Assembly (NCBI GenBank): GCA_951406725.2
Contig: OX597815.1
Span: 868,001 to 932,000 of the forward strand
DNA from: Octopus vulgaris
Taxonomy: Eukaryota
Reading direction: 5' to 3'
Length of the DNA: 64,000 nt
Part shown: positions 13,239 through 24,554 of the stretch, in pieces
Layout of the letters: each line of letters opens with the position of its first letter
Position numbering within the stretch: position 1 is the first letter of the stretch
Position numbers and translations under genes: made by a program
Notes under the pieces: model-generated
Database searches by the model: none
The model's input: only the letters and a program-made list of their open reading frames with translations
Told to the model about the DNA's origin: nothing

Positions 13239-14334
13239 CAATAATAATAAGCTCTGCAGTTTTGATTGACAATCTTACTAGAACTGGTCTTGATAAAAAT
13301 ACCAGTTGGTGGCTAACCTTAAAACACAAACCTCATTGTTGAGTGAACATGTCTAATACAAAAGTATCAAATAACGGTGTTAATGAGGCTGGAACCAAAG
13401 GTGAAAGCCTTTCACCTGGAAGGAGCCCTGTGGTTGAGCAGTGCAGGCCTGGTCATCATCCAGAGACTGCTTATACACAAAACCAGAGGCAGAGAAGAAG
13501 GTGAAATAGGGACACAAACCAAACTGTAATTGAATGCTGGATCAAGAGTGAACCCAGCAGAAGGGGATTCCGACAACGAATGAAAGCAAAACGAAATGGC
13601 CTAGATATGAGAGTACTGCCTGATTGGCACTCATACCAGTGGAACATTAAAAGTTCCATCCGAGTGTGATCGTTGCCAGAGCCACTAACTGGCTCCTGTG
13701 CTGGTGACACGTGAAAAGCACCATTTGAGCGTGATCAATGCCAGCGTCATCGTACTGACACGTGTGCCAGTGGAACATGAAAAATAACATTCAAACATGG
13801 TTGTTGCCAGGCCACCGGACTGGCTCCCATGCAGGTAGCACGTAAAAACCACCTTTTGAGCATAGTTGTTGCCAGAACTGCCTGACTGGCCCTCATGCCA
13901 GTGGCAAGTAAAAGCATCCACTACACGCTCAGAGTGGTTGGCATTAGGAAGGGCATCCAGCTGTAGAAACTCTGCCAGATCAGATTGGAGCCTGGTGCAG
14001 CCTTCTGGCTTGCCAGTCCTCAGTCAAACCATCCAACCCATGCCAGCATGGAAAGCGGACGTTAAATGATGATGATGATGATGATGATGATCTTGTTGAC
14101 ACTAGTTGCCATCTCAACTGTATGAATTTGAACTCTTTGCAGCCACTTGATGTCAAATATTCTCCTTAAGCATGTGAAGTGGAAGTTGTCAATTGTTTTT
14201 TATAATAATGGGAAGTCTATACATTAATTCTAAATTTTAGAACGGATTGTGTCACATGACACTTGGTGTGGTCTCTGAAGGTTTGGGGCTAAAAAAGTGA
14301 AAATCTGTAAAAAAAATGAAAAATAAAAACTTAC

Positions 14335-14459
14335 TTTATCAATTGCATAAGATTCAAATTGATCAACGAGACACGGTTCAAACAGGTTGGAGTAAGAGTC
14401 TTCTCCCTGGGCCAACTTGCCATGGCGACTATCTCCAAATGTATAAAGATAACCATCTT
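14335..14459 (-). CDS. RPGR: RPGR-like exon 9 (EDGYLYTFGDSRHGKLAQGEDSYSNLFEPCLVDQFESYAIDK)
   Basis: ttttag| and |gtaagt; 125 nt; matches RPGR YTFGDGRHGKLG. Confidence 0.93.
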
Positions 14460-14699
14460 CTAAAAGAAGAAATAACAACAATGCTATTAAGTGCAATGCG
14501 AAAGGTTTATGGCATTTGGTACAAGCTCCCTGCCTCCCCAGACCTATAAAGAAAGGGAGCAGGTGATTAAAAGACCCTCAATATGTTACTGGCACATACT
14601 TTATAGATTCCTCTCAGAGGAATTACAAACCTGGTAGGATTTGATCTTAGATTCTAAAGAGATGCCACTAATATCATAAGACATTTTAGTCTGGGATAT

Positions 14700-14893
14700 T
14701 GAAAGACAAAGATTAATAAAACTCAGCCAGACAGTAAATGCAGAATCTGTGGGGAAAAGTAATGAAAATATTAACCATCTCTTGTGTGAATGCCATATGT
14801 TGGCTAACAAGCATCAAAGAGTGCATTAGAATGTTAGCCAAGTGTGTGGATTGAAAGCAGCAGAAAAGCTGTATGAACACTAACCAGATACTG
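14700..14893 (+). mobile_element. Dong/R4-like RLE retrotransposon remnant (zinc knuckle CRICG..NENINHLLCEC); continues at about 15715-15850 after the LTR insertion
   Basis: CCHC motif here and IIVGALGTISK at about 15755. Confidence 0.5.
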
Positions 14894-15690
14894 TGTTGTT
14901 GGGAATTAGTAATAATGGTAGATCCCTGCCACGTGACGAATGGAATAATCTAGGCACTATAAGTAAAGAGAAGTACCAGAGTACACAGAAGGTGGTCAGA
15001 GATAGTCATGTCTTTACTGGTTTTACTAAGTATACTGTGTACCGAAGTAGGTGTTATGATAATCCAACATAATAAGGATTATAACAGTGGTGACGAGGAT
15101 AAACCAATTCCTGTGGAGATAATAGAAACTTGGAGAGGAGTTGTGCAAATTTCATTAAAAAAAAATCGTAAAATTATGGAAAATTTGTTGGCCAGTTTGG
15201 TCGAGTTGCAACAAGAATAACAGCAGCTACAGTGGAGGCGCAATGGTCCAATGATTAGGGCAGCGGACGCGTGGTTGGAGGATCGCGATTTCAATTCCCA
15301 GACCGGGCGTTGTGAGTGCTTATTGAGCGAAAACACCTAAAGCACCACGAGGCTCCGGCAGGGGGTGGTGGCGAACCCTGCTGTACTCTTTCACCACAAC
15401 TTTCTCTCACTCTTTCTTCCTGTTTCTTGTCCCCGACTTCATACGCAACCGCTGAGCCTGGATGCGCATTCATCCATCCGTCGATGCTCTCGGTGTCAGG
15501 GGTTGACTTGCTTTCTCTTCTGCGGGTCTTACGAATAGCAAAGGACCACGTTGTGGACTTCTCCCACTAAAGGGATGAAGACCACTTCGCTCAACAGCAA
15601 CAGCAGCAGCTACAACTGCAAGAACAACAGCTAAAGCAACAACAAATACTGCAATTACTGAAGTCATCAGGGAAGTCAGAAAAAGTGTTG
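14894..15690 (+). mobile_element. Second Gypsy-like LTR fragment (LTR 14894-15086, PBS TGGTGACGAGGA, gag start) interrupted by a SINE
   Basis: Homologous to 12300-13187 in the opposite orientation; MENLLASLVELQQ. Confidence 0.75.
15232..15420 (+). mobile_element. tRNA-headed SINE (family also at about 28780-29057 and 62824-62985 on the minus strand)
   Basis: GTGGAGGCGCAATGG... A/B-box-like head; three homologous copies in the window. Confidence 0.7.
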
Positions 15691-16559
15691 TCGTGAGGTG
15701 TTTTCAAAATACCCACATACACATGGAACAATGACAACAACAAAGGCAGTGACAATTATTGTTGGGGCCTTGGGAACAATTTCAAAAGATATCGAGAGGA
15801 ATATAAAAAAAATGGCAATAGAGAGCCCAGTAGAACTGTTACCAAAATTTTTTTTGTAATCTTTGCCTCTTGGTCACAGCCAGAATCATCAGGGAAGCAT
15901 CAGATAGTTGCAAAGAACAGATAGAATGGTACTTTAAGCTGCAAGTAGCAAATCTGCCATTCATATAAGATTCCAGGAGCTCCAACAAGACCCTGAGTTA
16001 AAATAATCATCATCATCATCATCATTGTTTAATGTCCGCTTTCCATGCTGGCATGGGTTGGATGGTTTAACTGAGGACTGGCGAGACAGAAGGCAGCACC
16101 AGGCTCCAATCTGATCTGGCAAGGTTTCTACAGATGGATGCCCTTCCTAATGCCAACCATTCCCAAGAGTGTAGTGGATGTCTTTTACATGCCCCCAACA
16201 TGAGGGCCAGTCAGGCAGCACTGGCATTGACCACACTCAAATGGTGCTTTTTACATGCTACCTGCATGGAGCCAGACTGGTGGCACTGGCAATGACCACA
16301 CTCAAATGTTTTTCACATGCCACTGGCACATGTGCCAGTAAGGCAATGAGCATGCTCAAATGGTGCTTTTTACGTGCCACCAGCACAGGAGCCAATCTGC
16401 GGCCCTGGCAATAATCACACTCAGATGTGCTTTTAATGTTCCACTGGCACACGTGCCAATCAGGCAGTACTGTCATCAGCCACGTCAGCAATTTTGATTT
16501 TGATTTCACTTGCCTCAAAAGGTCTTTGCAAGCAAAGTTTATTGTCCAATGAATGAGGG

Positions 16560-17069
16560 GTATTCATAAGTTGGCTGGTTACACCTCACACTCAAATGTG
16601 CGGGAGTTTGACTTCCAGACAGACAAAGTGTTAGAGCACCGAAGGCCGGATAAGGTAACCTTTAGGAGGGACAAACAAGAGGGCCTAATAATTGACGTGG
16701 CAGAGCCAGGAGATCAACATATCATCATGAAAGAAAGAGAAAAGTTTGATAATTATGGAGAGCTTAGAATTGAGATCACTAAGATGTGGCAGCTACAAGA
16801 GTTGAACAGAAAGTTTGTCCCTTTTGTCATTGGAGCACAGAGTTCAATACCACCCAATCTGAAAAAAAAAAACATCTGAAAACCTTAGAAATACCCTACA
16901 TTCTAGGAATATTGCAAAAAATTGGCATTGCTTGTAATTGCATGCATATTGCATAAAGTAGTGTCTGTCTGAGGTCCTTGTTGTGACTTGACAAACAGTG
17001 CAACCCCCGCCTGGTAGACATAATATCTTCAATCAACAACCTCACGATATTGGATACTGTTTGACGTCT

Positions 17070-17096
<27 letters not shown>
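16560..17096 (+). mobile_element. Dong/R4-like non-LTR 3' end (restriction-like endonuclease) with (TAA)n tail
   Basis: FQTDKVLEHRRPD....LIIDVAEPGD......EK...Y.EL..EI.KMW....VPFVIGA, followed by a TAA repeat. Confidence 0.8.
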
Positions 17097-17100
<4 letters not shown>

Positions 17101-17407
17101 TAAAAGTAATAACAATTGTCAACTTTCTATGCTGTCATGGGTTGGACAAGATTTTTTTATGTCCTTATCTTATGCCAACCATTTTAGTTGCAGCTAATGC
17201 ATGCTGGGATACAAATTTACCTGTTTACAATTGAGATAAATACAATAATCATAATCATTTGAACAAATCCTGAAATTTTGAGGGGAGGGGCATTATAAAC
17301 CCCAGCATTTGACTGAAACTTTATTTCATTGACCCTGAAAGGATGTAAAAACTCCACTCAACCAATAAAGATCCCAGTGAAGGGCAGAGGCTGAACAAAT
17401 GCTTTAC

Positions 17408-17560
17408 CTGTTATTATCGCTGTATGATTTGCACCACAGGAAACTGCTTTCACCTGAAATGGTAAACAGACTTTCTTTGGGGTTGATAACATCTGTTGGC
17501 TGGTTCCATGACCAAGTTCTCCATTGGAACCAGTTCCAAATGTGTAGAGTTCATTTTGTT
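17408..17560 (-). CDS. RPGR: RPGR-like exon 8 (KQNELYTFGTGSNGELGHG...VSCGANHTAIIT)
   Basis: ccacag| and |gtaaag; 153 nt; RCC1 repeat. Confidence 0.92.
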
Positions 17561-18502
17561 CTGTGGAAGACACAAATATTTGCAGACATTTCAAGAATTT
17601 TCAGAGTTGGAATTATTTTTCTTTTATTTTCCTACAACAGACAAAAACATTTTGAGTTGTTGACTGGTCAAGTTTGTTGGTCAGGCTCCTGGTAAACCAT
17701 CTTTGGACATGGAACAGTGTGCTGCACCTTGGCCAAAAGCTTTTTAGCCTTGAGTCAATCAAAGATTTGTCATTGGAAATTAACAGACGGAAACTGAATG
17801 GAAGCCTGCCAGAGGAGGGATTCCTGTTACTGGGCGGTGGTGCAGTTTAGTATCAAGCCATTTGGCATTTTTAGCCAATTCCATCCAGGTCACATATCTG
17901 GTCTGTGGATAACCCTATCACCACCAGTCTTGGAGGCCCTAAATACCAGGTCACTGGTTGACACTACAGTACACAGTACTAGATTACCAGCTCATAGATC
18001 AGAAGTTCAAATGACGGTTGATATTTCTGCCTTTTTATTTATTTCACACAAATAAGCCCACACTCTCACTCACTCACCACCCAAACCCTTCTATAAGGTA
18101 ACCAGTCATTTAACTCCTCTACAGCAAAAAACTTGTTCTATTCTGGCCCTTTTCTTTCAACTTTTAACCCTGCATCAAGAGTGAAATCCTCTTCCCATTC
18201 GGTTGAGGGGTCTTGTTTTATGAGTTACTTGGGGACCTCACTAATGTCATCATCATCATCATCATCATTATCGTCATTATCATTAACCTCCATTTTCCCT
18301 GCTGACATGGGCTGGCTGATTTAACAGGAGGGTTTCTGCAGCTGGATGCCCTTCCTAATGCCAACCACTCCACAGAATGTACTGGGGGCTTTGTATGTGG
18401 CACCAGCACCGGGGCTTTTTATATAACACCATAACAATGTTTTCACCAACACTAACAGGGGCAAAATGTAGTTAATTAAAATACTGATAATTAAATACTT
18501 AC

Positions 18503-18658
18503 TGGTAATTAGTGCTGTATAAGAACTTCCACAAGAAATTGACTGAACAGTTGCGTCAAAAGACACCAGTCTAACTGGCGTGCGACATTTCTTGATTTCA
18601 TCTCCAAGACCAAGTTTCCCACCTTCTGTTTCACCAAAAACATAGACAGAGCCATTTT
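18503..18658 (-). CDS. RPGR: RPGR-like exon 7 (ENGSVYVFGETEGGKLGLGD...ISCGSSYTALIT)
   Basis: tttcag| and |gtaagt; 156 nt; RCC1 repeat. Confidence 0.92.
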
Positions 18659-18787
18659 CTGAAATAAGTTAAAACGAAAATACATTAATTAATGATTTCT
18701 TAATTAGGAGCTCATTTTTGCCAAGACTGATGGATCTCCTTGAGCACAGAGACTCACCAGTCAAATCAATACTAATGATTTGTAGGT

Positions 18788-19880
18788 ATGTGGTATTTCA
18801 TTATATCAGAGCAATTCCCCATCAACAAAGGCATGAAGCAGGGCTGTGTCCTAGCACCAACTCTCTTCAGCATCTTTTTTAGCACGATTCTCAGGCAGGC
18901 CACTGCAGACCTCGATGCTGAAGATGGCATCTACATCAGTTATCATCTGAACGGCAGTCTCTTCAACCTCCGGCGCTTACTGGCCCACACCAAGACACAA
19001 GAGCAAATCATCCAGGACCTCCTCTCTGCAGATGGTACTGCACTTGTTGCACACACAGAAAGAGCCCTGCAGCACACCACATCCTGCTTTGCAGAGGCTG
19101 CCCAGGTCTTTGGGCTGGAAGTAAGCTTGAAAAAGACTGAAGACCAACCAGCTCCCCAGGAAGAGTACAGGATGCCCCACATTACCCTTGCCGAAACAGA
19201 ACTGAAGTCGGTACAGCAGTTCACTTATCTTGGATATACCATTTCATCAGATGTGAATATCAACAAAGAAATCGACAACAGACAGGCAAACAAGGCATTT
19301 GGCAGACTGTGCAAGCATGTGTGCAATAATAAGCATTTTAAGATCAGCAGAAAAGTCAGAGTCTACAGGGCTCTGAGTCCTGATGATGCTCCTGCATGGC
19401 TCTGAGTCCGGGGCCCCCTACCACTGTCATCTCAGGCTCCTTGAACGTTTTCACCAACGACGTCTTCGTATCATCCTTAACATCTACTGGAGCAACTACA
19501 TCACCAACACAGGCCCTCAAGGGAGCAAAAGTCACCAGCCTGGAAGCCATTTTATTTGAAACATGACTACACTGGACAGGACATGTTGACAGGATGAACG
19601 ACCACCGCCTACCTAAGATCATCATGTATGGTGAGCTAACCACTGACTACCGCAACAGGAGGGCACCAAAGAAGTGTTTCAAGGACTGCTTGAAGCAGTC
19701 TCTTAGCATTTGTGACATTGATTATCGTGAGTGTTCCACTCTAACAGTTGACCATGCTACTTGGCACCATACCATCGGTGATGCTGTTTCCTTCTTGGAG
19801 ATCCCTTGCAGTGCCTCTCTTGAAGACAAATGTCAGAGGCGAGAAAATAATGCAGCTGCATCATCAGACTCTGGACAAGG
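18788..19880 (+). mobile_element. RTE-clade LINE fragment (RT C-half)
   Basis: GMKQGCVLAPTLFSIFF, LL(S)AD, FGLEVSLKKTE, FTYLG, RLPKIIMYGEL. Confidence 0.88.
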
Positions 19881-19983
19881 GATTGATTCATTCAACTCAG
19901 AATTCTTCAGGTCAGTGCCCCAGCATGGTCACAGTGTAACGACTGAAAGATATAAAACAATAAATATAAAATCAGATACGAAC

Positions 19984-20133
19984 CGGTCAATAATGCTGTG
20001 TGATAATATCCTACAGCCACAGACTTGATGGTTTCTTCTGCTAGCAATCGGGTTGGCACATAGGATTCTGTAAGGTCACCAAATCCAAGCTGACCTTCAC
20101 TGTTACTTCCCCAGACATACACATCTCCAGACT
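19984..20133 (-). CDS. RPGR: RPGR-like exon 6 (ESGDVYVWGSNSEGQLGFGD...VAVGYYHTALLT)
   Basis: tttcag| and |gttcgt (weaker donor); 150 nt; RCC1 repeat. Confidence 0.92.
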
Positions 20134-20159
20134 CTGAAACAAGGAAACACCAGTCTGAA

Positions 20160-20397
20160 TATTTATTTCATTACTACCCACAAGGGGCTAAACACAGAAG
20201 GGACAAACAAGGACAGACAAACGGATTAAGTCGATTATATTGACCCCCAGTGCGTAACTGGTACTTTATTTAATCGACCCCGAAAGGATGAAAGGCAAAG
20301 TCGACCTCGGCGGAATTTGAACTCAGAACGTAACGACAGACGAAATACTGCTAAGCATTTCGCCCCGTGTGCTAACGATTCTGCCAGCTCACGACCC
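20160..20397 (-). mobile_element. SINE with a Deu/Nin-like core and a TTTAGCCCCTTGTGGGTAGTAA tail (other copies about 29786-30018 and 30380-30523; core-only copies 56115-56490)
   Basis: Core GCCTTTCATCCTTTCGGGGTCGAT..A..AAGTACCAG; multiple near-identical copies in the window. Confidence 0.75.
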
Positions 20398-21637
20398 TTA
20401 AGTGGTCTAAACACCATTGAAGAGTGAAACAGTTGGAAAAACAACAGATTGTTTTTGTAACATCTTCCGGACAGGAAAAAACCCACTCTTTGTCCCATCT
20501 GTGACAGACTCTGGTTTTGTAATACAAACTTGTTTTAAAAAATCTAAATTAAGCTCCCTCTCATCAAAATTACATGATAATTTATGTTCTGAACAACAGC
20601 TTAATTATGACAGTGATATTTAACTAAATTCTTCATTATTTTAAAAGTTAATTAAAACAAAGGGAAAATATTCTAACAGAAATATGAAAACAAAACAAAA
20701 CAAATGATCATTTGTTATTAGAGTTCACAATTCAATTTAAAATTTTGTTAATACATGAAAGCAATTAATTTCTATTAACATCACAGGATTAGTGACCATC
20801 TGTGGAAACAGAGGTCTGGTCATCATCATCATTTACCATCTGTTTTTCATGCTGGCATGGTTTGGACAGTTTGACCAGAGCTGACAAGCTGGAGGGTAGC
20901 ACCTGGCTCCATTTGTCTGGTTTGGCAGGGTTTCTATGGCTGGATGCCCTTCCTAATGCCAGACACTTCAAAGATTGTACTGGGTGCATTTTACATTTTA
21001 CCAGTGCTATTTATGAGACAACGGCACCAGTGCTTTTGACATGGGACTAGCATGGGTATGGGGAAGTATTACCTTGCTTGAAAGCAGGTGAGATTTGGTG
21101 ACAGTAAGGGGATCTGGCTATAAAGAATCTGCTCCGTGAATTCTGTCCGACCCATGCAAACATGGAAAAGTGAGGACGATGGCAAGCTGCTAGAAACATA
21201 AAAGACCAACTCAACCGAAGCAGAGGATGCGTTGAGCACATATAGGGTTGTAACACCACAAGGTATTTTGTCCCCTATTTTACAGATTCTCTCAGCCAAC
21301 TTTCATTTGTATAAAGCTCTAAACATTTGTCTTTTATTATTTCACTGACCCTTCCATAATTCTTGATTATTTGAAAAATTAAAGCCCCATACCAGGATAT
21401 ATTGTTACCAAACAGTTGAAGATATATTCCTGAGTAAATTTTTATCTTCCATTTCTATTTTAATGCCAATGTTTCTAAATCCCTACATTTTAGAAGATAT
21501 CTTCACATTAGACATTTCTAATATTGTTCATATAATGAATCTCAGGACAAATGGCTTCAACTTAATGCTGGGCTAACCGAAGCCTAATGAGCAGATTTGA
21601 TAAATGGAAACTGAAAGAAGCCTATTGTATAAATATA

Positions 21638-21680
<43 letters not shown>

Positions 21681-22145
21681 GTCGATGCCAGTGCCACCTT
21701 GACTGGCTTCCGTGCTGGTGGCACGTAAAAAGCACCAACTGATCATGGCCGTTACCAGCCTCCCCTGGCACCTGTGCGGGTGGCACGTAAAAAGCACCCA
21801 CTACACTCACGGAGTGGTTGGCTTTAGGAAGGGCATCCAGCTGTAGAAACACTGCCAGATCAGACTGGAGCCTGGTGCAGCCTCCTGGTTTCCCAGACCC
21901 CGGTCAAACCATCTAACCCATGCTAGCATGGAAAACGGGTGTTAAACGATGATGATGATGATGTGTGTGTATTTATGTTTCCTTGTCTCAACACTGCATG
22001 ACAGTTATAAATAGGGGTCACTGCCATCCAAGCCATGTGCCTTGTTTCCAATCTTCTTTGAAGAATGTTTGGCCACGAGAAAATACTGAGAACAGGCGAG
22101 TGTTGGCAACAGGAAAAACATTGAGCCATAGAAAATCTGCTTCAG

Positions 22146-22960
22146 TTAACTTCATAAAGACAACTGCGCTGGTATGGTCATGTGGTGAGAATGGATGAAG
22201 ATAGCTGTGTGAAAAAGTGCCACACCCTAGTGGTTGAAGGAACCTGTAGAAGAGGTAGACCCAGGAAGACCTGGGATGAGGTGGTGAAGCACGACCTTCG
22301 AATTTTGGGCCTCACCGAGGCAATGACTAGTGACTGAGACCTTTGGAAATATGCTGTGTTTGAGAAGACCGGGCAAGCCATGTGAGGCCATAACCCATGT
22401 CCTATGCCAGGGGTGTAACCAGCCCCCTTATGCGTACCTGTCCTTCATTGGACACTAAACTCTGCTTGCGAAGACTTGTTGAGGCAAGTGAAATTGAAAT
22501 CAAATACGATGACTGGCATCCATGCTACTGGAGCGCTAAGAGGACCATCCGAGTGTGATCGTTGCCAGAGCAGCAAACCAGCTTCTGTGCTGGTGGCACG
22601 TAAAAAGCACCATTCGAGCGTGATCGTTACCAGCATCGCTTTACTGGCACTTGTGCTGGTGGCATGTGAAAAAACATTCGAGCAAGGTTATTGCCACTGC
22701 CGCTGGACTGGTCTCCTGTGCAGGTGGCACGTAAAAAACACCATTTGAGTGTTGCCAGTGCTGCCTGACTGGCTGTCGTACCCGTGGCATGTAAAAGCAC
22801 CCACTACACTCTCGGAGTGGTTGGCGTTAGGAAGGGCATCCAGCCGTAGAAACATTGCCAGATCAGATTGGAGCCTGGTACAGCCATCTGGTTCGCCAGA
22901 CGTCAGTCAAATCGTCCAACCCATGCCAGCATGGAAAGCGGACATTAAACGATGATGATG
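22146..22960 (+). mobile_element. 5'-truncated RTE LINE: ORF end plus internally repeated 3' UTR with (GAT)n tail. It represents about 20 copies of this tail in the window (e.g. 11499-11890, 13610-14090, 16008-16530, 21680-21963, 27061-27540, 48797-49139, 50850-51060).
   Basis: LRWYGHVVRMDEDSCVKKC...GRPRKTWDEVV followed by the repeat ...CCAACCCATGCCAGCATGGAAAGCGGACGTTAAACGATGATGATG. Confidence 0.85.
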
Positions 22961-23018
22961 CAAGCATGGAAAAGCAGATGTTAAAATGATGAACAGAAGC
23001 CAAAACTGACCAACTTAC

Positions 23019-23177
23019 CTGTAAGACAAACAGAATGTTCAAAGCCAGCAGCCAGTGCTTTATAGCGACTACAAGATGGTAATTTCTTGATATGGTATGG
23101 TTCCACAGACTTTTCAACACCAACAACGCCCAGCTGACCTTCACCATTGGCACCGAATGAATAAATCTTCCCGGAAT
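23019..23177 (-). CDS. RPGR: RPGR-like exon 5 (DSGKIYSFGANGEGQLGVVG...ALAAGFEHSVCLT)
   Basis: ttgcag| and |gtaagt; 159 nt; RCC1 repeat. Confidence 0.93.
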
Positions 23178-23503
23178 CTGCAAAACAAGGACATCCAAAA
23201 AATATATTCAGTACAGTGTGTGTGTGTGTGTGTGTGTGTGTATAGATGTGTGTGTGTGCGTGCGTGTATGCATGTTCAGCTATCAGGCCATGCTACAGCA
23301 GACTGATGATGAGCAAGACTCAGAAACATGCATGTCTCTAGGTACTAGCCCTGGCTGTTGGGGGGTGCTTGTCTCCCCTTTGTAAACATAAGCACACAGG
23401 AAATGTGTCAAAGCCGACAGGTAGCATTGATGCTTCCCAGGGCTAAACAGCGGTGGTGTGATTCCCTTTACAGGACTGTCACGTTAAGTTGACAGTATAC
23501 AAC

Positions 23504-23540
<37 letters not shown>

Positions 23541-23754
23541 CCATTCTTGACCGCTCAATCTACAAGTTTGCTTTCCATTCTCTCACTGCTTATTTTCTCT
23601 TATTCCTTTCTGCTGAAGAGCGTAGGCTTGAAATATAAAAGACTTTTCCATTTTTTCCAAGCACCAAACTAATACACCTGTTTGTTGTTCGAACACCTGT
23701 CTTCGTCTTTCGTTTTTCTATAAATTTCAGCTACATGTATATACATACATATCT

Positions 23755-23789
<35 letters not shown>

Positions 23790-24491
23790 GATAGTGCCCC
23801 AGCATGACTGCAGCTTTAAAGCTGAAACAAGTTAAAGAGTTATCATCATCATCATCATCATTGTTTAACGTCCTCTTTCCCTGCTAGCATGGGTTGGATG
23901 ATTTGACTGAGGACAGGTGAACCAGATGGCCGCACTAGGCTCCAATCTTGATCTGGCAGAGTTTCTACAGTTAGATGCCCTTCCTAACGCCAACCACTCC
24001 GAGAGTGTAGTGGTTGCTTTTTACATGCCACCGGCACAATGGCCAGTCTGGCTGTACTGGCAACGACCATGTTCAAATGGTGTTTTTACGTGCCACCTGC
24101 ACAGGAGCCAACCCATTTAAAAAGTACCTTGAATTGTCGGGTAACACGTTGTGCTTGAGGAGACCTGTTGAATCAAGAGAAATCAAAAACCAAAAGCAAA
24201 TCAAAATGGGAATTGTAGTTGTGGCCAGTGCCAGTGCTGCCTGACTGGCTTCCGTGCCGGTGGCATGTAAACAGCACCCACTACACTCTTGGAGTGGTTG
24301 GCATTAGGAATGGCATCCAGCTGTAGAAACATTGCCAGATCAAGATTGGAGCCTGGTGCAGCCTTCTGGCTCTCCAGACCTCAGTCAAACCGTCCAACCC
24401 ATGCCAGCATGGAAAGCGGACGTTAAATGATGATGATGATGATGATGAATCCAGGAAAATTTATAAAAAGGTGGTAAACTGCACATCTTAC

Positions 24492-24554
24492 CTGTAGCAA
24501 TTAAGGTGTGGCACCCTCCACAAGCCACTAGGGACACTTTCTCATGTTTCAGTG
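24492..24554 (-). CDS. RPGR: RPGR-like exon 4 (ALKHEKVSLVACGGCHTLIAT)
   Basis: tgtcag| and |gtaaga; 63 nt; VACG..HT motif. Confidence 0.92.
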
